Positions 13,324-27,023 of a stretch of DNA of 64,000 nt are shown one piece after another. Source of the stretch: Octopus sinensis (lineage: Eukaryota); the NCBI RefSeq assembly GCF_006345805.1, contig NC_043006.1, positions 23,560,001 to 23,624,000 of the forward strand, given 5' to 3'. Numbering within the stretch: the first letter of the stretch is position 1; each line of letters opens with the position of its first letter. The position numbers and the translations under genes were made by a program. The notes under the pieces are model-generated. The model had not been told where the DNA came from. It saw only the letters and a list, made by a program, of their open reading frames with translations, and searched no databases.

Positions 13324-16300
13324 GCATGAGAGAATAAGGGGAAGGAAGTAGGTGGTATTTCTGCAATTGATAACAGACAACAAATAATTATAAATTCAAT
13401 TATGATTTATAATTATTCATCATCATCAACATCATCGTTTAACATCTGCTTTCCATGCTGGCATGGGTGGGACGGTTTCCCTGAGGACTGGCAAGCCGGG
13501 AGGCTGCACCAGGCTCCAATCTGATCTGGCCATGTTTCTACAGCTGGATGCTCTTCCTAACGCCAACCATTCTGAGCGTGTAGTGAAGTGCATTTTACGT
13601 GACACTGGCACGGGGGCCATTCAAGCGGCACTGCAACCGCCACGCTTGAATGATGCTTTTTGCGTGTGATTACTGGTTGCTGGAAAGATCTAAAATAAAA
13701 AAAGACCAATAACTTGCTTCTCTCTCTCAATGTTGTCGTTGTAATGGATGGAATGCACATGCAATAAGATGAGACCAGGAAAAGTAAAAAAAACATAGCC
13801 ACTGTCCGATAGGGTGAGGCAGAGAAATAGACACACTAAGAGATTGCTTGGAAATTTGAAATGGATGAGAAATGGTTTGGTACCATCACCAGCAGGGAAC
13901 AACTAGTGAAAATAATTACTTTAATATCCTGCGAGATTTTTCAGTAAAAAGTGACCATGTAAAAGCATCAATAGATCTAATTAGGATAGAAAAAGAAACA
14001 CAAAAAACAATGTTGATAAGATTTAATTAATTAATTGATTAATGACTAAGATTGCAATGCTAGTTAGGTTACATGGTAACTTTTGCCTTTTATTTTTAAC
14101 TTGTTTCAGTCATAGGACTGTGACAATGCTAGGACACCACCTTGACAGGTGCAATCAAAGAAATCAAAGAAATCAACCCCAGGACTTAGATTTTTAAGTC
14201 TGGCATTTATTTTATCAGTCTCTTTTGTCAAACTGCTAAGTAACGGGGGTGTAAGCAAACCAGCACCAGCTGCCAAGTAGGGGAAACAAACACAAATACA
14301 AGCGGACACATGCATACACACGCATACATAAACACGTGCACCAGATATGCTTCCACACAAGTCTCATCTACCAAATTCTCTAGCAAAGCTTTGGTCAGCT
14401 CAGGGCAACAGTAAAAGACATTTGCCCAAGGTGTTATGCAGCAGGACTGAACTGGAGACCACACGGTTGAGAAGCAGGCTTCTCAACAACATAGCCATGC
14501 CTGCACCATGATCAACAAACACAACCACCACCACTTCTATACAAAGAACAACAAGAGAAAGGGACATCATCATCATCATCATCATCAACAGCAACAACAA
14601 TAATAATTGAAAGAGCAACTTACTGCTGTAGAAAATGATCTGAATGGTCCTCCGTGAGCTGATAGACGGACGGAACCGTCACCAAAGTCCCTCTTAGGTG
14701 GTTCCCTTCCTTTGTTGGTGGGGTCATAAATCGTGATTGTGACGATGTAAGGTTCGTTTTGATTGGTGGCGTTGCTAAACTGCTGGGACTGAACCCCTGG
14801 ATGTTGTTGGAACTGGTGTTGGCCGTGTGCCTCACTGACGATGCATACCCAGGTGGACTGTGACCAAAACTCGGTCTTGGCCGTACTGAACTGACACTAG
14901 AGCGCAGCTTCAGGCTGCAATACGGTGCTGACATGAACGGGTTGCTGTGCGGACTGGTTGCAGCTGTGGCACCTTCGAGTGGGGCAGAATAGGTACTGGA
15001 CGTCGTGGTCGATGCAGAGCTGGAACATGGCACTGTGTGACCTGTGGCGGAGGAGAGAGAGAGAAGGGAGAGATGGTGAGAGAGTGTGTGAGAGACAATG
15101 GCAAGAGTGATGATGATCGACTAAGTGAGAGAGAGATAGTGTGAGAGAGAGAGAGATAGTGTGAGAGAGAGAGATAATGTGAGAGAGAGAGAGAGAGATA
15201 GTGTGAGAGAGAGAGAGAGTGTGAGAGAGAGATAGTGTGAGAGAGAGAGATAGTGTGAGAGAGAGAGAGATAGTGTGAGAGAGAGAGAGATAGTGAGAGA
15301 GAGAGAGATAGTGAGAGAGAGAGAGATAGTGTGAGAGAGAGATAGTGTGAGAGAGATAGATAGTGTGAGAGAGAGAGAGACAATGTGAGAGAGAGAGATA
15401 GATAGTGTGAGAGAAAGAGAGAGAGATAGTGTGAGAGAAAGAGATAGTGTGAGAGAGAGAGAGATAATGTGAGAGAGATAGTGAGAGAGAGAGAGATATG
15501 TGTGAGAGAGAGAGAGAGAGAAAGTGTGTGTGTGTGTGTGTGTGTGAGTGTGTGAAACAGACAGACAATCAGATAGACAGAGAGGCACGACAATGTGTAA
15601 ATTAGAGTATGGAGGCAGACAGAGTGACTGAGTGATAAGAAATGAAGGCATTTTCTTGTGTATGTGTGTGTGTGTGTGTGCACCACCATCATCATCATTT
15701 GACGTCCATGCTGGCATGGGTTGGACAGTTCGACAGCTGTTGGCAAGCTAGAGAACTGCACCAGGTTTCAATTGTCTGTTTTGGCATGGTTGCTATGGCT
15801 GGGAGCCCTTCCTAACACCAACCACTTTACAGAATGTACTGGGTGATTTTAATGTAGCACCAGCACAGGTACTTTTTATATGGTGCTGGCACATGTATAT
15901 ATATGTGTGTGTCATTGGTGGTGGGACTGCATGCTCCACTGGATGTGTAAGAAGCTAGGATGCTCTGCTGGATGTGTAATGTCAGTGTGCATACGCGACA
16001 GAGTGTAAGCGCCCTGAGAGAAAAGTTGGACATAAGAAGCATCAGACGTGGTGTGCAAGAGAAAAGAATTGCACTGGTATGGTCATGTGTTGCATATGGA
16101 TGAGGACAGCTGTGTAAAGAAGTGTCACATCCTAAAGATGGAGGGAACCTGTGAAAGATGTAGACCCAGGGAGACCTGGCATAAGATGATGAAGCATGAC
16201 CTTCAAATGTTGGGCCTCACAGAGACAAGCAACCGAGACTTTTGGAGATATGTGGTGCTTGAGAAGACCCAGCAAGCCAAGTGAGATTGTAGCTGTGGTT

Positions 16301-19300
16301 GATGACAGTGTCACATAACCGGCCCGTTTAAAAGTACCCTTCAATCGTCAGGCAATATGCTGTGCCTAACACCAGTTGAGTTAAGTGAAATCATAGTTGT
16401 GACCGATGCCAGTGCCACCTGACTGGCACATAAAAAGCACCATTCAAGCGTGGCCGATGCCAGTGTCATGTAAAAAGGACCATTCAAGTGTGGTTGATGC
16501 TAGTGCCGCCTGACTGGCTACTGTGCCAGTGGCACATAAAAAGCACCCACTACACTCTCTGAGTGGTTGTGTTTGGAAGGGCATCCAGCTATAGAAACAT
16601 TGTCAGGTTAGATTAGAGCCAGGTGCAGCCGCCTCAGTCCCCCAATCAAACCATACAACCCATGCCAGCATGGAAAACGGACGTTAAATGATGATGATGA
16701 TGTGTGTCTGCATAAAAGTTTTAGATGTTCTAGCTATTCCAATGATGAACCAGTGATTAGCCAAGTGGAATCATGTGACCAATGATCAGGTGAGACAGTG
16801 GGAAGCAGCCCTGGTATAGGAACAAGGGGAGGGGGACACATTATTGGCAGAGAAATTGATAGGTCAAGTAACGAAACTAGTTAGAGTATGTGACACAAAT
16901 AATAAAGTTTAAAGCAGTCAGAGGCAAAACAACAACAGCAGCAATCTGTGTTAAACACTTCAAACCAGACTGACTGAGCAGCAAAAAGGAATGTATGAAG
17001 CAGATAATCATCATCGTTTAACGTCCGTTTTCCATGCTGGCATGGGTTGGACGGTTTGACTGAGGGCTGACAAGCCAGGAGGCTGCACTAGGCTCCAATC
17101 TGATCTGGCAATGTTTCTACAGCTGGATGCCCTTCCTTACGCCAACCACTCCGAGAGTGCAGTGGATTCCTTTTACATGCCACCAGCACAGGGGCCATTC
17201 AGGTGGCAACGACCATGCTCAAAAGGTGATTTTCATGTGCTACCTGCACGGGAGCCAGTCAGGTGGGCCTGGCATCAATCGCATTCGCATAGTGCTCTCC
17301 ATGTACCACCAGCACGGGAGCCAGTCAGGGGGCACTGGCCCCCTGACATATCACCAACATATCAGGAACTTCTCACATATCTGCAGTTAAGAATGCTTAA
17401 GAACATGGAAGCAAGGATGGGTGTGTGTACATGTGTGTATGTGTGTGTGTGTGTATTCATGTATCTACATTTACCACAAGGTCAAGTCTTTGATGCAATG
17501 TGACGTCTCAAGTGTCCCGAAAACACTGAGAGCTATGTCAGCAAAGCACAAGAACCCTAGTAGGGCCTTCCATGCTGGATAGGTCAAAGGATAGAAGCCA
17601 GACCTGATATAGACCACCTCTCCCCTAGGCTAAAAATGGATTTGTGTGGGACCAACACCACTGCATAGAAAAAGAAATTCTGAGTTACAGAAGCATTCCT
17701 TGACATTTCCAAACCAACCAGACGAAATCCTTCCCTTAAGGAAATATATGGTGCAGCAAAATCCAAAAGAAAGCAGATATCCAACTAGGTAGAAGAAGTT
17801 GGAATTTACAAAAAAATGAAACAAAAGACAAAGACAGGTGTGTAAACAACAAACAGGTGTATTAGTTTAACACTCAGGAAATGATAAAGTCTTTTACATT
17901 TCAAGCCTATGCTCTTCAACAGAAAAGAACACAAAATAACAAGGAGAGAAAATAAAAAAGGTTTAGTGGCTAGCAATCAATCATGGCGAAGGCCGGACAG
18001 AGGTGGTCAGACAGGAGAGCTAGAAAGAAGAGGAGATAAAAAAAAATAGTAGTGGTGATACCAAAACGAAGGTGCGCATGTGGATAGACAGAAGAAGTAA
18101 AGACAGTCCAGGGTCAAGAGCAGTCATAGATGGCCTACACTACAGAGCGAGTGAAGGGTTTAAGTACGTTAGTGTGCATGTACATAGAGAGACAATAGGA
18201 ACCAGGTGGTTGATTGTGTAAACGTACCTGAGGGCTTGAATTTTCCTCGGTGCTGTGGAGAGAGGTTAAGGACCCCACTCAAGGATAGAGCACATGCTTG
18301 TTGCAGTTTCCTCACCAAATACTTCATACTGGAACACAAAAGATGGAAATGAAGATAATAAATTACATAACACAGAAGCCATGAAGTTTCTTCCTTAGGA
18401 AATTTTTCAAAACATGAAAATATAATTGCACGAAATTAACACCATTAAAATACTGGTATTTCTTTTTTTTTAACATAAGATGACAATCAGAAGGTGACCA
18501 TCCCAACAACAAGATTAGGATTCAAAATCTTAAAAGGTGAAAGCAGCCAGTCTTAATCTCCTGGTCAAGCCAAAAAACTATTACAAACAGGAAAGGAATA
18601 AGAACTGAACCCTGGTGGACACCTCTCTGCATACTACACTATATTCCTCACTGAGCTCACCATTGCTAACTTTCACCAAGCTGATGGCATCTCTGTACAT
18701 GGTTCATATGACTAACACATGCTATTCATGTACAGTAACCCCTCAACTATCACGGATGTTACTTGCCCAATCCCCCTGTGATAGGTAAAGATCCACAAAG
18801 TAGAAACAGTACTGTATATTTTTTAATTGTTTTGTTTTTATAATTCATATATATTTATTTTATTACCGTAAAACCTCGAGTATGGTCCAGGGGATTTTTA
18901 GGGGGCTGTACCTCTGAAAAACCTAAACCTTGTGTATAATACGCACCCCTTCTCAAACATGAGTCAAGGAGGTCTATATAACATCCTTGGTTTGTAAAAA
19001 TGTTTACGGTAACGTCTTTTATTATTATTATATATATAACATAATGCAAACGTGTAGCTTTTTTGTGCATTTTGTTTGCAGAAAATAAAGAAATAACAGT
19101 AATAATGTTTAATAAATGTTGCTTACTGCAAGTTATGGATGATTCTTTTATAACTTCATTGCTTTCAGGCTTACCTTAAGGTATTTTTGCACCTGACATC
19201 ACAAAATGCAACTGAATAAACATTGCCAGACAGCAAATAGCGATTTGGACATTGCTTAGAAAATATTTTTCCTTTTTAACCTCGTATATAGTACGCACTA

Positions 19301-22300
19301 GGGATTTTGACCTTTAAATTCGGAGGAAAAAATGTGGATTATACTCGAGGATTTACGGTATAAATACAAAACAACACCACGGAGGAATCAGCGTAAGCTT
19401 AAATAATAAATCGCGATAGGTGAACCGCGATATGGCGAAGGATTACTCTGTGTGTGTGTGTGTGTGTATGTGCATATATATATATATATATATATACACA
19501 TCATCATTGTTTAATGTCCGTTTTCCATGCTGGCATGGGTTGGACGGTTCGACTGGGGTCTGGGGAGCCAGGAGGCTGCACCAGGCTCCAATCTGATCTC
19601 TCAGTGTTTCTACAGTTGGATGCCTTCCTAACACCAACCACTCCAAGAGTGTAGTGAGTGCTTTTTACATGCCACCGGTACAGGATCCAGAGGGGGGCTG
19701 GCAACAACCACGATTGGTTGGTGCTTTCCATGCTGGCATGGGTTGGACAGTTTAACTGGAGCTGATAAACCAGAAGCCTGCACCAAGCTCAACTGTCAAT
19801 TTTAACATGGTTTCTACAGATGGGTGCCCTTCTTAACACAAATCACTTTACAGGGTGTACTGGGTGCTTTTTAGATGACACCAGCACCAGAGAGGCCACC
19901 AAGTACCTCATAAGACAAGACCCCCTCGACTGATGGGGCAGAGTAATGAAGAAAAGGGCTTTGTGCCAGGTGATGAGAGGGACAGAAACAATTTGCAATA
20001 TTTTATGTCCTAATTGCTGTTCTAACGTACATGTAGCACAACTCTCAGGTAGTATTGTTCGCAGCACACACAACTCTTGCTTTCCATTGTACTAAGCACT
20101 CTTGTTAGCTCTCATTTTATGCTTGAACAGACTTTAGTGTGATTTTTTAACCCTAAGAAGACATCTCCTCTAGCTGGTTAACATTGCATAGCTGTATCCG
20201 ATATATTGTGGGCCGAGGAATCGAACCCCTATCACATTCTAGCAAAGGGACCAACACACAGTAATTCAAACAACTATCATTACAACAACGTAAGGTTTGG
20301 TGTAAGTTCAACATGGAACTAACACATTGACTCTTACCGACCTCTCAACGACTCCTACTAACCTCTTATCTCAACCAATATGTGGCTACTCTTTATAAGA
20401 GTTTGGCTAGTCCAGTCTTCCAATCCCTCAAGGCTGTCGATGGCTCTTGCCACAACACAATAAATAAGGGAAACAAAATAAAAAAAAAAACACATTGAAG
20501 AGGAAAAAGGAGCATTGTAGGGAACAGCTGGAATGAAGGTGGTGTGTAATGGGGGCCACCTACCGTGAGATTGCTACGATGACCCTTGCTGCACTTCGGA
20601 ACCTGGCCAAAGGATGACATCGGTTGTGTTGGCCCTGGTTGTATGAATCCCCTAACAACCTATTGTCATGACCCCTAGCATTCATCCGTGACAGAAGAGC
20701 AAGGACAGTCTGCTCACTGTCCTGGAAACCACCCAGCAGCACCAACAGATAGTTCTTTTGGTAAATCAGTGCCTTACGGAAGCTCTCGGCTCTAAAGTAC
20801 TTCCTGAACAAAGTCTGGATCTGAAAGCAGAAACAAAAAGTAGACTTAAGAAGTGGGGGAAAATACTGACAGATGCGGATAACAACAGGAGTAATAATAA
20901 TAATAATATTAATAATAATAATAATAATAATAATAATTTCTACTCTAGGCACAAGGCCTTGAATATTTGGGGGGAAGGGGACTAGTCGATTACATCGACC
21001 CCAATGTGTATCTGGTACTTATTTAATTGATCCTGAAAGGATGAATGGCAAAGTCAACCTCAGCTGAATTTGAACTCAGGACGTAGCGGCAGACGAAATA
21101 CTGCTAAGCATTTCGCTCGGCGTGCTAACGATTCTGCCAAATAATAATAGGGATAATATATTGCGTGGTTGGGGTAAAATACTAAGTGATAGAAAAAATA
21201 AGGAAAACCGTTGGAAGAAAGAATATTGGCAAATTAACCGTTTAGCATTTAAACCAACCATGTCCAGCTCAAATATTCCTGTTTTATGTTTAAACTGACC
21301 AGATCCAGTCACTCACACCTACAAGAGTGGCTAGGCAGAGGTGTAGCTGTGTGCTGGGAAGTTTGCTTCCCAACTATATGGTTCCAGGTTCAATCCCACT
21401 GGATGACACCTTGGACGGGTTTCTTCTACTATAGACTTAAGCTGACCAAAATCTTTTGGGTGGATTTGGCAGACAGAAACTGAAAGAAGCCTATTGGTGT
21501 GTGTGTGCTTGTTCTTCACCATCACCTAGCAACCAGTGTTGGTACGTTTACATTCTTATAACTTAGCAGTTCAGCAAAAGGACTGATGGGGATCGAGTCA
21601 TTCAACTAAAATTCTTCAAAGCGGTGCCCCAGCTTGGCCACAGTCTACTCATTGAAACAAGTAAAAGATAAAAAACAATTACCAAATCTGATTCCATCAA
21701 CATTGGGTTGTTGTTGTTGGTGGTGGTGTTGATATTTGGACTTGTGGTGGTGGTGGAGGTGGTGTTGTTATTGGAGAGGGCGAAACCTTGGGTTCGTTCA
21801 ATTCTCAAGTTCCGTTGGAGTTGTTCGATCCGCTTCTCACAGTTTTGCAGGGCTAGTTCATAGGTAGCCCTCTCCTGGTCCCATCGGATCCGCTCCATGG
21901 TGAATGAGGTCTCTAGCAACGAGTCGCCATCACCATCAGAATTTTGGGTCTTTAAGGAAGACACGGAAGAGAAGAGATGAGTCACTGACACACACACACT
22001 GACACATACATAATACATATACAAAACCCAACACATATGTAACACACACAAAATTTAGAACGTGTGTGTATAATAATAGAGGCTAAAACTTTTTTTTTAA
22101 TTCTATCAGTGGCCAGCATATAAAAGGGAACCTATTAAAGTAAAATTATATGTATAATTATAATAAGGGCTTAGAAGAGAAATTTTCTAGCCTATATGCT
22201 GAGAAATAGACACTAAATCATGGTGAGACAATTTAGCATCTATTTCTCAGAATAAAAACTAGAAAATTTCTTTTCTAAGCTCTTATTATAATTATATATA

Positions 22301-22368
22301 TGTATATATTTTGTTGTCCACACATATAGAGATACACATCCATACATACAAACAGGGTACATAGTAGC

Positions 22369-22405
<37 letters not shown>

Positions 22406-22719
22406 GGAGAGAGAAGTACACATACACACACACACATACATAAAAACACACAAACACGGACACGCAAACACATGAATATGTAGAATACATACAAATATAC
22501 ACCCACACAAATGCACACAAACAAACAAAAAGGAACGCAGTGTGAATAATGGACAGAGTCAAAACTACTGAAAAGGTTGCAAGACGCAACGAAAATTTTA
22601 GGAAAATAAAAATAAGAAAACAGTGGAAGTTTTACTGGTGAGTGTGTTAAGGCACAAAAAGAAAATTACTCTCCCCAGACACAATGGTATATTTGTGTGT
22701 GTGTATGTATGTGTGTGTG

Positions 22720-22751
<32 letters not shown>

Positions 22752-23012
22752 GAGGCGCAATGGCTCAATGGTTAGGGCAGCGGACTCGCGGTCGTAGGAT
22801 CGCAGTGTTTCAATTCCCAGACCGGGCGTTGTGAGTGTTTATTGAGCAAAAACACCTAAAAGCTCCACGAGGCTCCGGCAGGGAGTGATGATCCCTACTG
22901 TACTCTTTCACCACTCTTTCTCTCACCCTCTCTTCTACTGGCCTAAAACAATGCGAACGCATTGTGACCAGCGATGTGTAACAACATCTGATGGTCAGGT
23001 CAGTCACGTGAT

Positions 23013-23055
<43 letters not shown>

Positions 23056-23996
23056 TATATACATATGCAACCATACACATGTATCAACACACAACACAAT
23101 GAAGTACATTTGTATACACACACACAAACAAGCACATTGTGTGTATGTGCATATGTATACACACATACACAAAATGAAGCACATGAGAGCATATGTGTGT
23201 GTATATATATATATACATACACACATAAAAACATCGAGTAGAGAACAAACATCAAATTTGAGTCAACGATTTTATATAACACCATGCTTCCATACATTTG
23301 ATAACATATAAATATTACCATGGCTTTTCACATACAAAGAATACACATATAAAAAAACACAGAAGGTAAAAAATATATGTAAGCAAATAAAAATACTAAT
23401 ATATAGACCAGCCTATCAAGAAGGTATATACAATCAACTAAAAATCCTAAAGCATGTCCTGTGACTAAAAATCTAAATAAAATAAAATATCAATTGTCTA
23501 AAAAAATTTTCTTACTCCCCTCAATTAAGAATATGTTGATGGCCATGGTAATATTTATATATGATCAAATGTATGAAAGATTGTGTTGTATAAAGTCATT
23601 GACCTGAATTTGATGTTTGTTCTCTGATCCATGATTTTAATCTCTGTCTCAATTTCATTTGAGCACTTCTTATTTTTGCAGTCTTATAAACCCTTTTGTC
23701 TCCTTAAAGACAGGCAAATATTATCTCTTGTTGTATGTATATACACATATATATAAACATAAACATATATATATTTACATATACATATATAAATACATAT
23801 ATAGATATACACATATAAATACATATATAGATATACACATATAAATACATATATAGATATACATATATAAATACACATATAGATATACATATATAAATAC
23901 CTATATAGATATACATATATAAATAGCTATATAGATATACATATATATATACACACATATATATATATATATACATATATAAATACATATATATAT

Positions 23997-24031
<35 letters not shown>

Positions 24032-24054
24032 AATACATATATATATATACATAT

Positions 24055-24120
<66 letters not shown>

Positions 24121-24133
24121 CACAAACACACAC

Positions 24134-24170
<37 letters not shown>

Positions 24171-24425
24171 GATACATATATATACATATATAAATAAATA
24201 TATTTCTTTACTACTCACAAGTGGCTAAACACAGAGGGGACAAACAAGGACAGACAAACGGATTAAGTCGATTATATCGACGCCAGTGCATAACTGGTAC
24301 TTAATTTATCAACCCCAAAAGGATGAAAGGCAAAGTCGACCTCGGCGGAATTTGAACTCAGAATGTAACGGCAGACGAAATATGGCTACGCATTTCGCCC
24401 GGCACGCTAACGTTTCTGCCAGCTC

Positions 24426-24456
<31 letters not shown>

Positions 24457-24757
24457 TATACACATATATATATACACACATATATACATAATAACAAATT
24501 AATTCAGAAGTAATCAATAATTTCACCAAGTAGAATTCGGCATGAAAAAGGACCATTTCACGGTAAGCTTAAGTAATACTTTATAATTAGGGTTCAGCAA
24601 AAATTTGCTTTACCACATACCAAAGTTTAGAAATAGCAGTCAAAAAACCTTAGCTATTTCTTCTACTTTAAAAAGGGACTCCCAGAAAAACCAAAATACT
24701 TGAAAACAATCTACACACATATATACTTATATATATATATATATATACATATACACA

Positions 24758-24798
<41 letters not shown>

Positions 24799-24802
24799 CA
24801 CA

Positions 24803-24852
<50 letters not shown>

Positions 24853-24859
24853 GCATACA

Positions 24860-24900
<41 letters not shown>

Positions 24901-26980
24901 GCACATACGTACCCGTATACAGCACAGTGAGTAAAAAAAGGGACATCCATATGAACAAGATGTCAATAAGTTAAACAAGAAACTGGGTGAACAATAAAGA
25001 GCATTTAAGTAAGTAGTGGGCCATTTGTTGACCCTGTTGCATCAGTGCGGGGACACACTGCCACTTCCTCACCTGTTGAATGTAATCCCGAGTCTTGTAG
25101 TTTTGAATACATTCCTCACATTCAAGTAGCTGTGCCCTCAGGGCTAACTTTTCTTCACTCAGCTTGAAGATGCTGCTGAGTAAGTCCCGATTGTGCTGTA
25201 GGGTTCGCTGGTTGATAATGGCAGCTAGATGGGGGTAGCCAGGACCTTCCTGTTGTAACAGAGACAGATGTAGAGGGTTAGCTTATGAGCATGGGAAATA
25301 CACCATGTGTGTGTGTGTGTGTGTGTGAAATGTAGATGTGCATGTGAGAGAGAGAGAGAGAAACAGACAGAGAGGACGAAGGAGTTTTGATGATACTATG
25401 AAGTAACAGAGAGGGGTAGAGGGGGAAAGGAAGGTAGAGAGAGAGAGAGCAAAATGCAATGAAGTATCTATCAATGTGATGTACAGAGAGTTCCAAGTTG
25501 CATGGAAAATTGGATGTAAAAACTAACAAAAGAAATGAATATTACTGAGGTTTTTTTTTTACTTCAGCCTCTGCAAATCAAGCCCCACCCACTTCCCAAC
25601 AGATATGAATAAAAAACCCTTGGTACCGAGGCCCAGAAATGAAAGGAATCTTGCAAAGTGACAGTGAGTAGAGGTTTGAGGAATTACCTGAGCTTCTACT
25701 CATCTAACCCAAGCTAGCATGGAAAATTGGATGTAAAAACAAACAAAAGAAATGAATATTACTGAGGGTTTTTTTTTACTTCAGCCTCTGCAAATCAAGC
25801 CCCAGCCTCTTCCCAACAGAGACCCAGAAATGAAAGGAATCTTGCAAAGTGACAGTGAGTTTGAGGAATTACCTGAGCTTCTAAAGTTAGGGACATCTGA
25901 AGCTCTCGCAGGTCAGAGAGCATGTCATCAACGGAAGCGGTCATTGAACACAGTATACCGAAGCTGTCTTGGGATGCTGGAGCTGTTGTCTGATTGGCTT
26001 TCAGGAAACTGTAGAAGCACAAGAAAAAAAAAAAAAAAGAAAAAATATAAGGACTTAAATAGTCATTGAATTTTATGAACAGTAGAGACACAGGTACAGC
26101 ATAATAGATCATCAATTGAGTTGATACACACTGATACATCACAATTTCTTATTGGTTTCTGTAAAGGACACAGATACATCATAAATTACAGATCAATCCT
26201 AAATAATTATTGATTTTTACAAAGGATCATCATTATCATCATCATTTAACATTTATTTCCATGCTGGCATGGGTTGGATGGTTTGACAAGAGCTAGTAAC
26301 ACCAGACAGCTGCACAAGGGTCCGTTGACTGTTTCTACAGCTGGACACCCCTCCTAATGCCATCCATTTTGCAAAGGGTTCTGGGTCCTTTTTACATGGC
26401 ACCAGTACATGTGCTCTTTACACAGCACTGACTCAAGTACTTTCCATGTGGCACCAGCACAGGTGCTTTTTTAACATGGCACCAGCATTGCATTTCTTCA
26501 TATTCTATTTATATGAGAAGGATGAAGAGTAAACCTGACCTTGGCAGGATTTAAACTCAGAACATAAAGAACATTTTGTTCACCACACAATGGATTCTGT
26601 CAATCCATTGACCAGGATATCTATGTGCACAGGATCCACACCATTTTAGATGTGAGAGCATTGTGGGCTTTGTTTGAGTCCCTGCTCTCCCTAAAATATT
26701 GGTTTCAAATTCTGGCAGCAATTTTTTTTAGGGGGGTAAGTCAACTACATTCTCCCCCAATACTTATTCTTTTACTTGTTTCAGTCATTTGACTGCAGCC
26801 ATGCTGGAGCACTGCCTTCAATCAAACAAACTGATCCCAGGACTTATTCTTTGTAAGCCTAGTACTTATTCTATCAGTCCCTTTTGCCAAAACACTGCTA
26901 CAGGGACGTAAATACACCAACATTGGTTGTCAACTGATGGTGGGGGAACAAACACAGACCCACATATATACATACATATA

Positions 26981-27023
<43 letters not shown>

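Noticed and set aside
14897-15761. 198-283-aa Ser/Leu/His ORFs
   Set aside because: Translations of the (GA)n-type minisatellite; only 14624-15041 is exon.
22750-22830. tRNA gene (also 61032-61106)
   Set aside because: A/B boxes are present but the acceptor stem is not intact, and the sequence continues into SINE body.
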